Of a DNA stretch of 64,000 nt, positions 51,044-64,000 are shown in pieces. The notes beneath the pieces are model-generated. The model was not told where the DNA came from and did no database searches. It saw only the letters and a program-made list of their open reading frames with translations. The DNA is from Pecten maximus (Eukaryota). Both the position numbers and the translations under genes were made by a program. The DNA is taken from assembly GCF_902652985.1 (NCBI RefSeq), contig NC_047032.1, positions 24,366,001 to 24,430,000 of the forward strand, in the 5' to 3' direction. Position 1 is the stretch's first letter; each line of letters starts with the position of its first letter.

Positions 51044-54000
51044 CTAGTCTTTTTTGTCCTTTCAATGAAATGGAAGTATGTCTAAAAACAACAAGACGCC
51101 AAGACGAATGATATCAATTACAACTTGTAATATATTAATATGAATGAAGGCAAAGCCTTGGAAGAGCACAGCTAATCTACTTGTCACTTGCATACGTGTA
51201 TATATACATGTTTATGTAATATATGTACATTTTTTTCATTATATTAGCAGATTTATGAAAGTCACAAGGCCATGCTAAGTCATCAAAAGGCCTTATATAT
51301 ATAACAAGAATTATACAGAATTATATATCTCATCTTTCCCGCTTTATCAATAACATCTTTCAATTTATGGAGTAGTGTTCAAGTAATTAAATAATATCAG
51401 TAACCAGTGTTCAGTGAGACATTGAGATAGGGTGAAAACTGAACTTTAATGAAAATTCTCAAAATTCAGTTTTGAGGCCAAAATATGTGAATCTGTAAAG
51501 ACATTTAAGTTTCAATTAGATTAATATTGCTTTTATAACACAGTTTAAAGTGAATCTGAACATAACTTCACAAAATTCCCTGTTAGTATTTTTATTTTAC
51601 CCAAAAATAGGTGAACCTGGAAAAAAATCCTCTAAATGATGGATAGGTGCATGCACAGTATAGGTGCATGTACAACAGTATATATGATTGTATCAGTACC
51701 CTCACCAGTTTCAATTCAATCTGACAGCATGCAACTCAATAACACTGTCAAATGTGGACTTTAAACAAATATTGACGCCACTGCTATTAAATATTTGTGG
51801 TGATGGTTGTAAACTCTCTTTTATTTAATAAATTAATTGAACAAATTAAATAAGGCCAAAAAGTGTGATTTCTGTATATGAATTAAATAATTATTTCTAT
51901 AACCCATCCCAATAGGGTAACAGAACAGGTGCCAATATATATATATATACATATATATATTTAATCGATTCACAAAGTTTTTACAAGTTTTATTCTATAT
52001 ATATGTATATACACATGTACATAAATATATAAACATATACTATTGCACAGATATCCCATTCTGATACTTCTATTACAGTTTGTGTTATTTCCAATAGCAA
52101 TATTCAATATAATTACTGTTTTTGTATTGAGTTAACTAATAACACGGGTCCCCTCATCTTAAAAAAAGACAAACTACAGACCCAAGGTGCATTAAGTTAT
52201 ATCAATTTTAAAGGACTTGAATTAAAGATCCTTCTACCATGTGTAATATTTGATTCTACCATATATTTTGGAATGGAATATAGCACATTTTGAACTGTTA
52301 TTCAGTCACTTCAACTCATTTTTGAGCAAAACCGCTTTGGACCGAGGACATATACTTATAACATATGGTTTGAAGATCTGTTTATAGAGAAGTTTTAAAA
52401 GAAATTCACTTAACAGTTAACATTGTGCGCTTTTAAAAATAAAATATGAATCAACTTTGGGATTACATCAGTATATAATCATTACTGTCAATTTTGTAAT
52501 ATCTGGTTGAAAGTTTAAATTTAGTTATTTATATAAAAGTTTTTCGAGTTGTCAAACTTTGAATTATCTTATATATATTTTATTACTATAAAAACAAAGA
52601 TTTTGACTTGGACCAGTGAGATACTTTAATGTCTAATCAGTGTTTTTGAGTTATCATAGTTCGAGTTGATTAATTTTGATTGTAAGTACATGTACATGTA
52701 TTCTCTTGTCTCCACTAAAACAGAATTTGTAGCAAATTTAAGTTAAACCTACTAAGAGTCAACACCATAGACAATTATTCTCCTTTTGTAATTATGATTA
52801 ATTACAAAATAATTATAGAAATTCTATAATCTTCCAGGCTTTGGAAATTAACAGCAGTTGTTTATAAGGTTTAAATCATATTACACTGTACATTTACATG
52901 TGTTCATAAACATTGTAATACATTTGGTTTAAATTTGGTTTACTTCATTTAAATGGTGATTCCATCATTAGTTTAAATTCAAAGGTTAGGTCATCAAAAT
53001 TAAACTTATTGGAAAATATGATTTTTTCCCAAATTGTAAATCTTCGAATCTTTAATTTGCATAAATCAAACAGTTTGACTCGCAGGGTAATTAACACAAG
53101 TTCTCCAAATTCTAAGTCCTAAAAATTCTTTATTCCTACCAAAATATCACTTTTTACTTGAAAGCCAGTCAGTATTTGTGTAGGATTCATCATTTTTCTG
53201 TACATTTTGGCATTGATTTATTTCCCTGTTCAAAAGTGGATTTCATCAGTAAAAAATGTACATGGTTCTGATATCTGAAAGAAGGAATGTCCCTCTAAAT
53301 TGAGTCTCATTATATAATTAACTGTCAGGGTCATTTAAGAACATGCCAGGCATTGGAGAAGTGTTGGAACTTCAAACACCTAATTAGAACACACACAATA
53401 AAACAGTCCTTGTATGTTTTGACATTGAGTACAAAAGATTGTTTTAAATTTCCTTTTTATTAATTTCAGGCAATATTTTGTGAGATAAACGGTTACTATA
53501 CTCAGCAATAGAAATCTGATCTATAATTCTCTCAACAGTATAATATCACAATTATTTTATAAACAAATTTCATTTAAAATTCAATCATTATTCTTGGTAC
53601 AACCTACATATGTGCCATGTTGATCTATGTTTATTTCTGCTGACTAATGTAGACTAACTACACATGTACTAAGCCTGCATTTCATAAATGATAAAAATCT
53701 AGGGTTATCACATGGGCTTTATATACTATAGAGTGTACAAGTTAATCTAGACATTTTAAATGGTTACTAGCCCCATGTGCTGTAGATAATATAACCTTCT
53801 TCTAATTATAATAAACAATGCGAGTCAGACACATCGTATCATCTGTAACTAACAATAAAAAAACTGGGACGTAACCGATAGGCACTTGTTTTATATGCAT
53901 ATGCCTAGCCTAGTTGTCTTTCGGCATGTTATTGTTTACAATGTAAATCAAGTGCCTGTCGTAAGCCTAACGTTATCGCTGAGAAAATAAATCGACAAGG

Positions 54001-54558
54001 CGGCCTAAATATTTACGATAGAATCGATCATAACACAGTGTTATCGGCAAATGCCTACCTTTGATCAGATCAGACTGGAACCACATACAAAAATAATTAC
54101 AAGGACCCTATACTAACGGGCGACATTCTATTTATCTGTCACCCAAATTGTATTCATATCGACTGTATACTACCATTTGGTAACAGTTCAATGCTTAAAT
54201 GTACATCAGCTGTTGGTTGATATACACACATTTTTACTTTACATATTTTGTAATGAACTTTACTTAAATTCTCATTTTTTGCCATGTAAACTCAGGTAAT
54301 GTTTATGTCTCTACAAAAATAACATGTTGGCTGAGTGGGAATGAACCAGACTTAAATATCACCTTTCTTTTTTTTTTGCAAATGGCAGCACATATTTCCA
54401 TCCTGTCTTGATGATTTCCGTATTGTACATACTGTATTCGGATAATTCAGATACTAATTGATTGTTTGTACTGCATACTGCAATGAAACAATTAAGATAT
54501 GAAGAGCGTTAAGTCAAGAATCGATATATTATATACAATATTCCTTCAAAATATCTTA

Positions 54559-56393
54559 TTATAAATCACTGATTTTCGAACACATGTTAGGGACACCGCC
54601 GTCATTTCCTCTAAGCCACGTGTTTACACTTCGGTATATACGTTTGTATTTGTTGACAGTGTGACTTCGCCGACACAACTCACAAAAAGTTTGCTCAGAA
54701 TCGATAGTATCCTGCGCCACATAGGACTGTCTCCACTGAAAAAAAGAGTTGGGTGACTTCATTCGAGTCAGATATCTAGCCAATGCTTCCGGGCTTGAAA
54801 AATTTGCGGTAGATAGATATGAACCCGGCGGGAGATACAGAGACGCGTTCGCCCCACTTCTTGTTATCGGAATCGCATTAAATAAGTTAGCGTAGACCTT
54901 TATACTTTTCTCTGTTATATAGTCTCGACAAAGTGTACTTTCAAAGGAAAGATAATATCTATACTTATTTTGTAAATATTTTGAACATACAGTCCAATTG
55001 CCATTGCAAGTGTTTTTGCCACATCTTCCATATACGTCTATGTTTAAATACTTTTCAATTTCTGCAACATATTCAGAACGACTACTTGAAACGTAACAAT
55101 TCGAGACAAACCATAAAAGAGCTGACCTTTCTGACCAGTTCGAAAGGGCGTCATCCGCAGATGGAATAGTGTTATTAGGAACAGTTCGGAAAATTCCGTA
55201 CGGACTATAGAAATCGGAATCACGTCTGTAGGAAATTGTCCAGTTGATAAGTCCATCCCATAGTTTCGTTGTGTACGCGTGAAGTGGGGGTGGCTCCATT
55301 GAATGGAAGACCCACGTCTGGTTGATGTATTTTCTTGGAGGGTATAAAGGGGTTTCCGTTCCTTGCCAGATAACAATATCCGCCGAGGAATAGTCCCATC
55401 CTTCTGTCAAGATACATGCGTACTCACAATTCTTGAACACATCTGCACTGAGGAATTCTGGTCTTTTTATGTAATGTATTCGACGGAAGAAATTTTGGCG
55501 TGGACACACCCGATTGTTGAAAACGTAGTACAGACACCAAGTCAGTAACAGCAGCAGCAGCAAGAGCACCTTTGTGCTTCTGTAAATAATTGAAAATATA
55601 TATGAGACGGGAAAAGGAAGTAAACAAGTTCAAAAGTGAAACATGAGATAAATCAGAGACATTCTATATACGTCACTGGATACACAAGTTTTCTTACACA
55701 TTTTATCACGTGGGTTAGTATAATGCTATAACACTGTAAACTGGTATACACCGTAATATGACAAGACCCCCTCCCCTAGTCCCCGACAAGTCAAGGGTTG
55801 TGGAGAGAAGTGGCGTTTTTTTTTTTTGTGTTTGTTTGTTTTGTCTTTTTTGGGGGGGGGGGGGGGGGGGGGGGTGTTTATTTCTGGGTGGTGTTTTAGG
55901 GTATTTGTGTGTGTGTGTGGGGGGGGGGGGGGGGGGGGGAGGGGGGCATAGCTTTACCATTGATACTCTTATTATCAAGATACACAGGCTATTCAATGTT
56001 AAACTTACAGTTTTAACAACAAAAATAGATGAAAAATAGGGTTAGGGTTGGGTAGCGTTTTTGTAGAAACGATTAGGAGGTGTAGTTTTAATGGTGGAAC
56101 TTTTCTCAAATTCTGTAAAGCTTAAGTTAAACGATAGTACATTATCGAGATATTCCACATAAATATTCTTACATGGACGAAGTATTCCACGGAAATATTC
56201 CTACACGAAGGAAGTATTCCACATTCCTACACGAAGGAAGTATACCATGGAAATATTTCTGACAGTAAATTCATTTATAAAATATTTAACCTGATGAAGG
56301 GTTAAAGTTTTCAGATTTTGTAACTTCACATGAAACTTACCTGTTGAGGTGGTAAATACTCATAGCTCTTAATGAACACGTGACCAAAGACAT
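54559..56393 (-). CDS. Alpha-(1,3)-fucosyltransferase (GT10), spliced: exon 56410-56341 + exon 55579-54559; possible further exon ending at 63807
   Basis: Type II TM (VLLLLLLLLTWCLYYVF), FHSMEPP, NWTISYRRDSD, WFVSNC, IDVYGRC, YRYYLSFESTLCRDYITEK; GT-AG intron 56340-55580 joins MSLVTCSLRAMSIYHLNR-STKV in frame. Confidence 0.9.
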
Positions 56394-57229
56394 CCGCTCA
56401 CACGTTGTTTCTGAAACGACAGAGAAAAATGGCGGCGAGGTGAGAACCTTCAGAAAACTTTTTAAGGTGGCCTTCGTTTTCCGAAATATTACTTTATTAG
56501 AAAAAAAATCTTTGAAAAGGAAATGTATTGGTTAATTGAATTTGTTGATTAAAATGCAGTAAGATATTGACGGACGTCCACCCAAATGATACTAACTGAT
56601 TAATGAGTAGCGTATTGTGTATAAACAAGGCCAACCCTTGATAGAGTTAGTATATAGGGGTCCACAGGGATTGTTCTCGGTTACAGTTTTCATTTCATTC
56701 AAACGTTTTATCCGTTATTGTCATCCATGCCTTACAAAGTCACACTTAGGAAAGATCTAGTCTGGGAGATAGGTGTGATGATATTGTGCTGCTGTAGGGT
56801 ACAAAATAACAGCCCAACCAAGACAAACAAATGCGATATACATTTATTTAATTAACGCATGTTAAATATTTTGTAAACGGATGTGTTTTACAAATCTATA
56901 TACAAATTACAAATATCGATGACAAAGTTATAGTATTGTCAAACCAGTTACGGATATATGGTCTGACAAAAATAATTACAGTTATCCTCGCGGAGGGAGG
57001 GTGTTGTTTGGCTATATAATAAATCATGCAACATAATCGATTTTTCTATTGTTTATATCACTTGGTGTAATATATAGCAGTGTTATGTTCAATATTTACA
57101 ATTCTTCAAACACATGTTCTGTGAAACCTTGACGAGACAGTGCTGATGCATGTTGTGGTAGTAATGTGTGTCGTTGCGGTGGCGATTTTAACTGATAAAC
57201 GTCCTATAATCAGCTATCGTAACAAAATG

Positions 57230-57733
57230 GCGGTTGTGCTGGTGGCGATGGTAGTTATGGGGGTGGTAGTGGTATACGTAGTTATGGTGAATATCGTGGT
57301 AGTTATGGGGCGGTAGTGGTGATTGTGGTAGTTATAGTGGTTATGGTAGATATGGTATTGGTTATGGTGGTGATTGTGGTAGTTATAGTGGTTATGGTAG
57401 ATATGGTAATGGTTGTGATGGTGATTGTGGTAGTTATGGTGGTGATTGTGGTAGTTATGGTGGTGATTGTGGTAGTTATGGTGGTGATTGTGGTAGTTAT
57501 GGTGGTGATTGTGGTAGATATGGTGGTGATTGTGGTAGTTATGGTGGTGATTGTGGTAGTTATGGTGGTGATTGTGGTAGTTATGGTGGTGATTGTGGTA
57601 GTTATGGTGGTGATTGTGGTAGATATGGTGGTGATTGTGGTAGTTATGATGAAGGTCGTGGTAGATATGGTGGTGATTGTGGTACTTATGGTGGTGATTG
57701 TGGTAGATATGGTGGTGATTGTGGTTTTCTTTT
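57230..57733. repeat. 21-bp minisatellite (GTGGTGATTGTGGTAGTTATG)n abutting the gap
   Basis: Direct inspection. Confidence 0.95.
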
Positions 57734-57833
57734 NNNNNNNNNNNNNNNNNNNNNNNNNNNNNNNNNNNNNNNNNNNNNNNNNNNNNNNNNNNNNNNNNNN
57801 NNNNNNNNNNNNNNNNNNNNNNNNNNNNNNNNN
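57734..57833. other. Assembly gap (100 N)
   Basis: Run of N. Confidence 1.
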
Positions 57834-57984
57834 CAGTATCAACTGATATAAGCACATCGTTTACTTTGCGTTTTAACTTCTGTAACATAAAATACATTAA
57901 TACAATGGTGTACACGCAAATTACATAAAAGATATTTACTAGTGTTAATCTTAGATTATTAGATTATTTACAATTAAAATTATT

Positions 57985-58430
57985 ATGTTATATACGACCC
58001 GTTACTAAAGGAAATTAGTGAGATGTTACATGTTGTATACGGCCCGTTATAATAGAGCATTATTGAAATATTACATGTTATATACGGCCCGTTACTAAAG
58101 AAAATTAATGAGATGTTACATGTTGTATACGGCCCGTTATAATAGAGCATTATTGAAATATTACATGTTATATACGGCCCTTTACTAAAGAAAATTAATG
58201 AGATGTTACATGTTGTATACGGCCCGTTATAATAGAGCATTATTCAAATATTACATGTTATATACGGCCCGTTACTAAAGAAAATTAATGAGATGTTACA
58301 TGTTGTATACGGCCCGTTATAATAGAGCATTATTCAAATATTACATGTTATATACGGCCCGTTACTAAAGAAAATTAATGAGATGTTGCATGTTGTATAC
58401 GGCCCGTTATAATAGAGCATTATTCAAATA
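57985..58430. repeat. 90-bp tandem repeat (~5 copies) built from two related ~45-bp halves
   Basis: Both halves share TTACATGTT(A/G)TATACGGCCCGTTA. Confidence 0.92.
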
Positions 58431-58435
58431 CATTA

Positions 58436-59762
58436 CCAGTGAAACGGAAGGGAAGTAACTCTTATATATCGGGAGGCCATCCGACCTTGAAACGTTGCAT
58501 ATATCTTCATAAGAACAATTTCCTCTGCAGATGATCAAAATAAACAGAATTTAAAAGAATGTAATATTTTCGATTTTTGGTAATTTGACCTCAGTGACCT
58601 TGAACGAAGGTCAAGGTCAATGAAAAGCACTCAAATTTGTAGCCCTTTGTACAAGCTATCACTGTGCCAAATATCAAATCTGTATGTGTAAAGATATAGG
58701 AGTAAACGGAAATTAAGTGCATTTTTGGACAAATTTGAATTTTGGCGGGAAAACGAACATTTTTCAAAGTGCCATTTCTACGCTATTTTTTATCGCACGA
58801 CTATAAAACTTGCACAGTTCCTCTTCATTGATCATGCACTTCAAAATAAACTTAAAAAATCAACTCAATTTTGTTTTTGAATTTTTGACCTTGATTTGAC
58901 CTCATGCTTAGATCTTGACCTTGACATATTTTCTGATAACATGTTACAGAGAAAAGTTAGCCCTGATCATAACCTACAAGATGCATCGATTGTTCAAGGA
59001 AAAAAACGAACAAAGAAATAACCTGATTCGAAAGAATTTTTAAAATTTTACTTTTTTGGATTTTTTGACCTTGAATGAAGGTCAAGGTCAATGATAAGTG
59101 ATAATTTTTGTAGCCATTCTGAAATGCTATTGTTGTGCCAAAAATCAAGTCTGTAGGTGTATAGATGGCGCAGGAGAAGCATTTTAAGTGCATTTTTGCC
59201 TGATTTTTGAATTTTGGCGGGAACAACTTTGAAATTTTCAAAGTGCCATATCTCCGTCATTTTTCATCCGATCACCAATTTTTTTTCACAATCCAACTCA
59301 GTCGTTCATGCTCTTTTATATGCCATGTAGACTGTACTCGATTTGAGAATTTTATTTTTGAACTTACTTTCAACCCATAGCGAGGTCATGACCTTGACAC
59401 TTTTTCTGATAACATGGCATGGGAACAAGTTAGCCCCGACAACGATCTACATGATACACTCAGCATGCATGAAATAGAACGATCGTGTATGAAGTTATGG
59501 TCGTTCAAACACAAATCTGTGTTTTGACCTGTGACCTTGACCTTTGAAATTATGATCACCAAAATGTTAAGGTGAACTGCAGCTCCCATGTCTCTATCAC
59601 ATACTAAAATATGAACATTCTATCCGAGTTCGTTTTTGAATGAAAGTGTTTACATGAGGTGTTAAGAATAATAATAATAATAATAAGAAGAAGAAGAAGA
59701 AGAAGAAGAAAAAACATAACAATAACAATAGGGATTTCCATCCGAAATGGAAATCTCTAATA
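58436..59762 (+). mobile_element. Non-autonomous Helentron/HINE-like element
   Basis: Internal diverged repeats rich in TGACCTTGA, (AAT)n(AAG)n microsatellite, terminal hairpin GGGATTTCCA-TCCGAAA-TGGAAATCTC; classification from recall. Confidence 0.5.
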
Positions 59763-60281
59763 ATATCACTGCTGTGATTTTAACACTAAACCTTTTTGGC
59801 GTTAGTAAAACCAAGATTATTAGACATTTTTAAGCAAGACCGTAAGTCTTTCTTTTCAACCTCGTCCAAATGTCCATTGTATTAACGTATTATTAACGAA
59901 GTACGTCTGTAACCTTACTAAAGTAAGTCTTTTCCTGTCAAATATAAAAAGGTAATTGTCAAAATATGTTTCTCTTCAAACAACCTTTTAATGGAAACTG
60001 GACGGCATAATAAAAATCCTCACAATTTAAAATGTTGCCCTTTCTTAAAGATGAGGTAAAAGGATGAATACTATTTCATTGTGAGATGACCATCATTTAA
60101 GGAACATAGAATAAAATACATAAAGCCTCACTATGGGGTTAATCCCTCTGTCTATAATGTAATCAATTTACTATCAACTGGTAATGTTGAAGTATTAAGT
60201 AACCTAGGTAAGTTTATATACCACGCATGTTTACTTGTTCCGAGTTACGTACTAGAATGACCGACATAGACACCAAATACA

Positions 60282-60350
60282 GGGTACCTGTAAAGTGCGA
60301 AACGAAAGCAAAACGAAACGAAACGAAACGAAATATAATGAAACGAAAAA
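60282..60350 (+). mobile_element. Solo DNA-transposon terminus with (CGAAA)n subterminal repeats
   Basis: GGGTACCTGTAAAGTGCGAAACGAAA..; no partner end in the window. Confidence 0.35.
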
Positions 60351-60611
60351 TGAAAACAATGAAAAAATAAAAAAAAATTGACTTTACAAAAGCCTAAGTG
60401 TCCCATTCTCATCGGTGTTAAAACAACACACAGGAAAGAATGAATTTATCGCAATATTCACTCAGTTTTTTAAACATAGAATATTTAGATAATATGCTTA
60501 GTCCACGATTTATAGGCATGCAAATCGCATAGTGTATTGGTGCATGCTCGGTCTAAAATCACGTGACAGAGGTGATTGTAAGCAACTCCTTTTATGGAAG
60601 GAAAGCCAGGT

Positions 60612-61640
60612 GTGTCCTATCAGGCTCCAAGCCTACCTAGGTCCACAAGTTTACCTGGGGTCATATCAGGCTCCAAGTCTACATAGGTCCACAAGTTTAC
60701 CTGGGGTCCTATCATGCTCCAAGTCTACCTAGGTCCACAAGTTTACCTGGGGTCCTATCAGGCGCAGACTCTACCAAGGTCCACAAGTTTACCTGGGATT
60801 CTATCAGGCTCCAGGTCTACCAAGGTCCACAAGTTTACCTGGGGTCCTATCAGGTTCCAACTCTACCAAGGTCCACAAGTTTACCTGGGATTCTATCAGG
60901 CTCCAGGTCTACCAAGGTCCACAAGTTTACCTGGGGTCCTATCAGGTTCCAACTCTACCAAGGTCCACAAGTTTACCTGGGGTCCTATCAGGCTCCAAGT
61001 CTAGCTATGTCCACTTGTTTACCTTGGGTCCTATCAGGCTCCAGCTCTACCAAGGTCCACAAGTTTACCTGGGGTCCTATCAGGTTCCAGCTCTACCAAG
61101 GTCCACAAGTTTACCTGGGGTCCTATCAGGCTCCAGCTCTACCTATGTCCACAAGTTAACCTAGGCTCCAACTCTACCTCCATGGGTCCACAAGTTTACC
61201 TGGGTCCACAAGTTTACCTGGGATCCTATCAGGCTCCAAGTCTACCTAAGTCCACACGTTTACCTAGGGTCCTATCAGGCTCCAAGTCTACTAAGGTCCA
61301 CACGTTTACCTGAGGTCCTATCAGGCTCCAAGTCTACTAAGGTCCACACGTTTACCTGAGGTCCTATCAGGCTCCGAGTCTACTAAGGTCCACAAGTGTA
61401 CCTGGGGTCCTATCTGGCTCCAAGTCTACCTAGGTCCACAAGTTTACCTAGGTCCACAAGTTTACCTGGGGTCCTATCTGGCTCCAAGTCTACTAAGGTC
61501 CACACGTTTACCTGAGGTCCTATCAGGCTCCAAGTCTACTAAGGTCCACAAGTGTACCTGGGGTCCTATCTGGCTCCAAGTCTACCTAGGTCCACAAGTT
61601 TACCTAGGTCCACAAGTTTACCTAGGCTTCAAGTCCACCT
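60612..61640. repeat. ~45-46-bp minisatellite, >20 copies (GGTCCACAAGTTTACCTGGGGTCCTATCAGGCTCCAAGTCTACCAA)
   Basis: Contiguous units with no unique spacers; some 18-bp sub-unit duplications. Confidence 0.95.
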
Positions 61641-61692
61641 ACAATGTAGGCCCACATGTATTACATGCACTTGTAACCAGGTACATAGTATA

Positions 61693-61806
61693 CAGTTATT
61701 GTATGGGTGTGAGGGAAATAGCACTTTTATTGTCCCCCGAGATATGATCTATTTCCCCAGGGGACAATAAAAGTGCTATTTCCAGAAATACCCATTACAA
61801 TAACTG
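61693..61806. mobile_element. Palindromic MITE-like element
   Basis: Perfect 24-bp arms 61714-61737 / 61760-61783 plus outer arms CAGTTATTGTA / TACAATAACTG. Confidence 0.7.
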
Positions 61807-62545
61807 CTTTATTATACCAGCATTTAAATCTTTTCATTTTCTCTGCAACCTACGATGGCCGACAAGAGCCTGGCAAAATGAAATGAAAAACTGTAACACT
61901 TTTTTTCATGGTACAGTTTTTTCACATCTTTTTGTACCATTGTACGGTACAGAAAGATGTGAAAGCAGAGTTGAAATGAGTCGGTCGCTTTTGTATCTTT
62001 TTGTACCAAAATGCGGCCGAAAACAGCTACATACGGTACAGAAACATATGAAACGGCCAGACATAAGGGTTACTGAGTTTGACAAATGACTCCCAGCTAA
62101 AGCTGTCATCACATAGCCTGCCAATTAATATCCCGGAATGTCTGACTGCTGGATGATCCAATCGTCATGTATATTGATGTTGGGCCTGCAAAATGGTTAG
62201 TTGTCTATTTTAACTTTTAAATGACTTTTCATTTTAAAAATAACGTCTTTTATAATTTTTCCAGTGACGAATTATCTGTACTTACATTGTCAATGTATCC
62301 AATCTGCCTCAACTTCTCGAGTAAAAGAAACTTTAAACATCAATGGGGTCCGTTTTGGGGAAATGGGACCATCAATTTTATCACGCTTATAGCAGTGAAA
62401 TATCGAAAATTAATCAGTCTATAAAATTGATATTTAGTGACAAAATTTACTTTTTCTGATTTGAATAATCAAAACCCTGCATACAAACGACAATGGAAAA
62501 AGTTAAAAGCTGATCCGGTATATTTTGCTATAAAATGTAACAAAC

Positions 62546-62697
62546 AGAATATCTAACAGCATCTTCAATAATACCAAATGTATTTCACTCTTGTGGCTAA
62601 TATTTTGATATTTTTTCACGTGTGCGCAAATATCGAAATACTTGCCCCACTCGTAAAATATCGTTGGTATGACTGAAAACACTGTTAGATATCCTCT
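62546..62697. mobile_element. Palindromic MITE-like element
   Basis: AGAATATCTAACAG..TACCA vs TGGTA..CTGTTAGATATCCT imperfect inverted ends. Confidence 0.6.
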
Positions 62698-63154
62698 ATG
62701 TACATTTATGCATCGAGGAATACATATATATATATTGTAAGACCATTACAGACATGCTATAATGTTGATTCAATCGTTCAATTGTTTGTCTCTAAAATGG
62801 AAATGACGACATTACACAGGTTTAATTTGATAATTTTAAGCCTCAAGGTACACCCCAATACTTACAGTATTACACCCTTACACTATAGTTTCCACTCGAT
62901 TTGTGTCCTCAGAAGTGATTAATAAACTTTGTGGCTTGTTGTGACGGTGTTATCAAACCTTTACTATTTGGGGTCAGCCCTGGTCATGGTGTTGGATAAC
63001 GAGATTCCAATGTTCAGTTGGTACAGTTTTTTCACATCTTTTTGTACCACAGATGGTACAGAAAGTACGATGGCCGATAGCGGCCGTACATATAATACAC
63101 CTAGTTATACATAAATATGTACCGAATGACTAAGTTTCATTAAGTACATTTAAA

Positions 63155-63315
63155 ACTTTCAAAAAGAAAATATGTACAAAATGAAAAATGTACAGAATGA
63201 ATTATGTACAAATAATACTTTAAAAAAGAAAATATGTACAGAATGAAAAATGTACAGAATGAATTATGTACAAATAATACTTTTAAAAAGAAAATATGTA
63301 CAGAATGAAAAATAT
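63155..63315. repeat. ~62-bp AT-rich tandem repeat (2.5 copies)
   Basis: AAAAGAAAATATGTACAGAATGAAAAATGTACAGAATGAATTATGTACAAATAATACTTT repeated. Confidence 0.85.
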
Positions 63316-64000
63316 ACATATGTTTCGGAAGACATTAAATTTCATAATCCTATTGAATTGTGCATTTGTAGATAAACAAGTGATTCCTTACTATTTATAA
63401 GAGATAGATAATTTATAGCTAGTTATAGTAATCTGTTTACATGATGATGCAAGGTAATTCTGACAAACCTTAAGAGTACATCATGTTTCTTCTTGAGGAG
63501 ATATGACATTTCTTTGTATGACATGTTTGCTCGTGTATACTCGAGAAGGCTTTCCTGAACATCTGTAATTACATATACATGTACATGTATATATACAATG
63601 TACATGATACCACTGATAAAGTTACATGACTATGTTTTAAACAGCGCCTTCCTCGTAGGACGATACTTCTGATTACGATGTGTTACATAAATATGCGCAA
63701 GTTACAATTGACTTTCATATCAATAAGGTAACAAATACATGAAATCATAGTATTCGAAAATATATTTGATGACAATTATACGAGCGTAAAACGTTATAAG
63801 ACTCACCTTGCATGTTTCCTCCAGTCTACAAACCACGTGCTACACTCAGTTGATAAACCAGCGTTGTCTACGATTGCCGCTCATGTTCGCATTCCATTTC
63901 ATGATTGTTTTATGTACATAATTAATTCTGTCAGAGACCTAGTATATAGGTCTCTGATTCTGTACATTAGTAGTCCGGGGGGCTTTTGTCCTATACACTC

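Noticed and set aside
51050-54500. AT-rich region downstream of the fucosyltransferase
   Set aside because: No ORFs, repeats or motifs I can support.
55715-56039. Polyproline/polyglycine ORFs (also 47881-48117)
   Set aside because: They come from poly-G homopolymer runs in intronic or LINE DNA.
56036-56052. TTAGGG telomere-like motif
   Set aside because: Under two full units; chance.
57214-57915. His/Asn-rich, Thr-rich and Val-rich ORFs
   Set aside because: These are translations of a 21-bp minisatellite running across an N gap.
60612-61640. CRISPR-like array
   Set aside because: Units are contiguous with no unique spacers, there are no cas genes and the context is eukaryotic: a minisatellite.

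Overview
AT-rich, intron-containing animal DNA; the repeat families suggest a mollusc or other lophotrochozoan (inference). About 50 kb is nested transposable elements. 1-8.3 kb holds two related, decayed Gypsy elements head-to-head, each with an extra tandem-C2H2 zinc-finger ORF after integrase. Next come a Crypton remnant split by a CR1/L2-type LINE (11-bp TSD), a second LINE with a MITE, and a pogo/Tigger fragment. A near-complete minus-strand CR1/L2-type LINE (~17.66-36.9 kb, with a 2A-like DIEQNPGP motif) contains two younger insertions. One is a TIR/TSD-bounded Mutator-like element carrying an intact SGNH hydrolase ORF. The other is the main finding: an 8.57-kb LTR retroelement (26739-35312, minus strand) with near-identical 1.8-kb LTRs, a PBS, a PPT, an open gag and an open 803-aa F-type fusion envelope gene, but no pol, with splice signals that would make a subgenomic env mRNA. 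Also present: three composite SINEs with a structured 5' leader, piggyBac/FLYWCH/LINE/LTR fragments, one host gene (spliced GT10 alpha-1,3-fucosyltransferase, minus strand), several minisatellites, palindromic MITE-like elements and a 100-N gap. All family calls come from motif recognition by eye; no searches were run.
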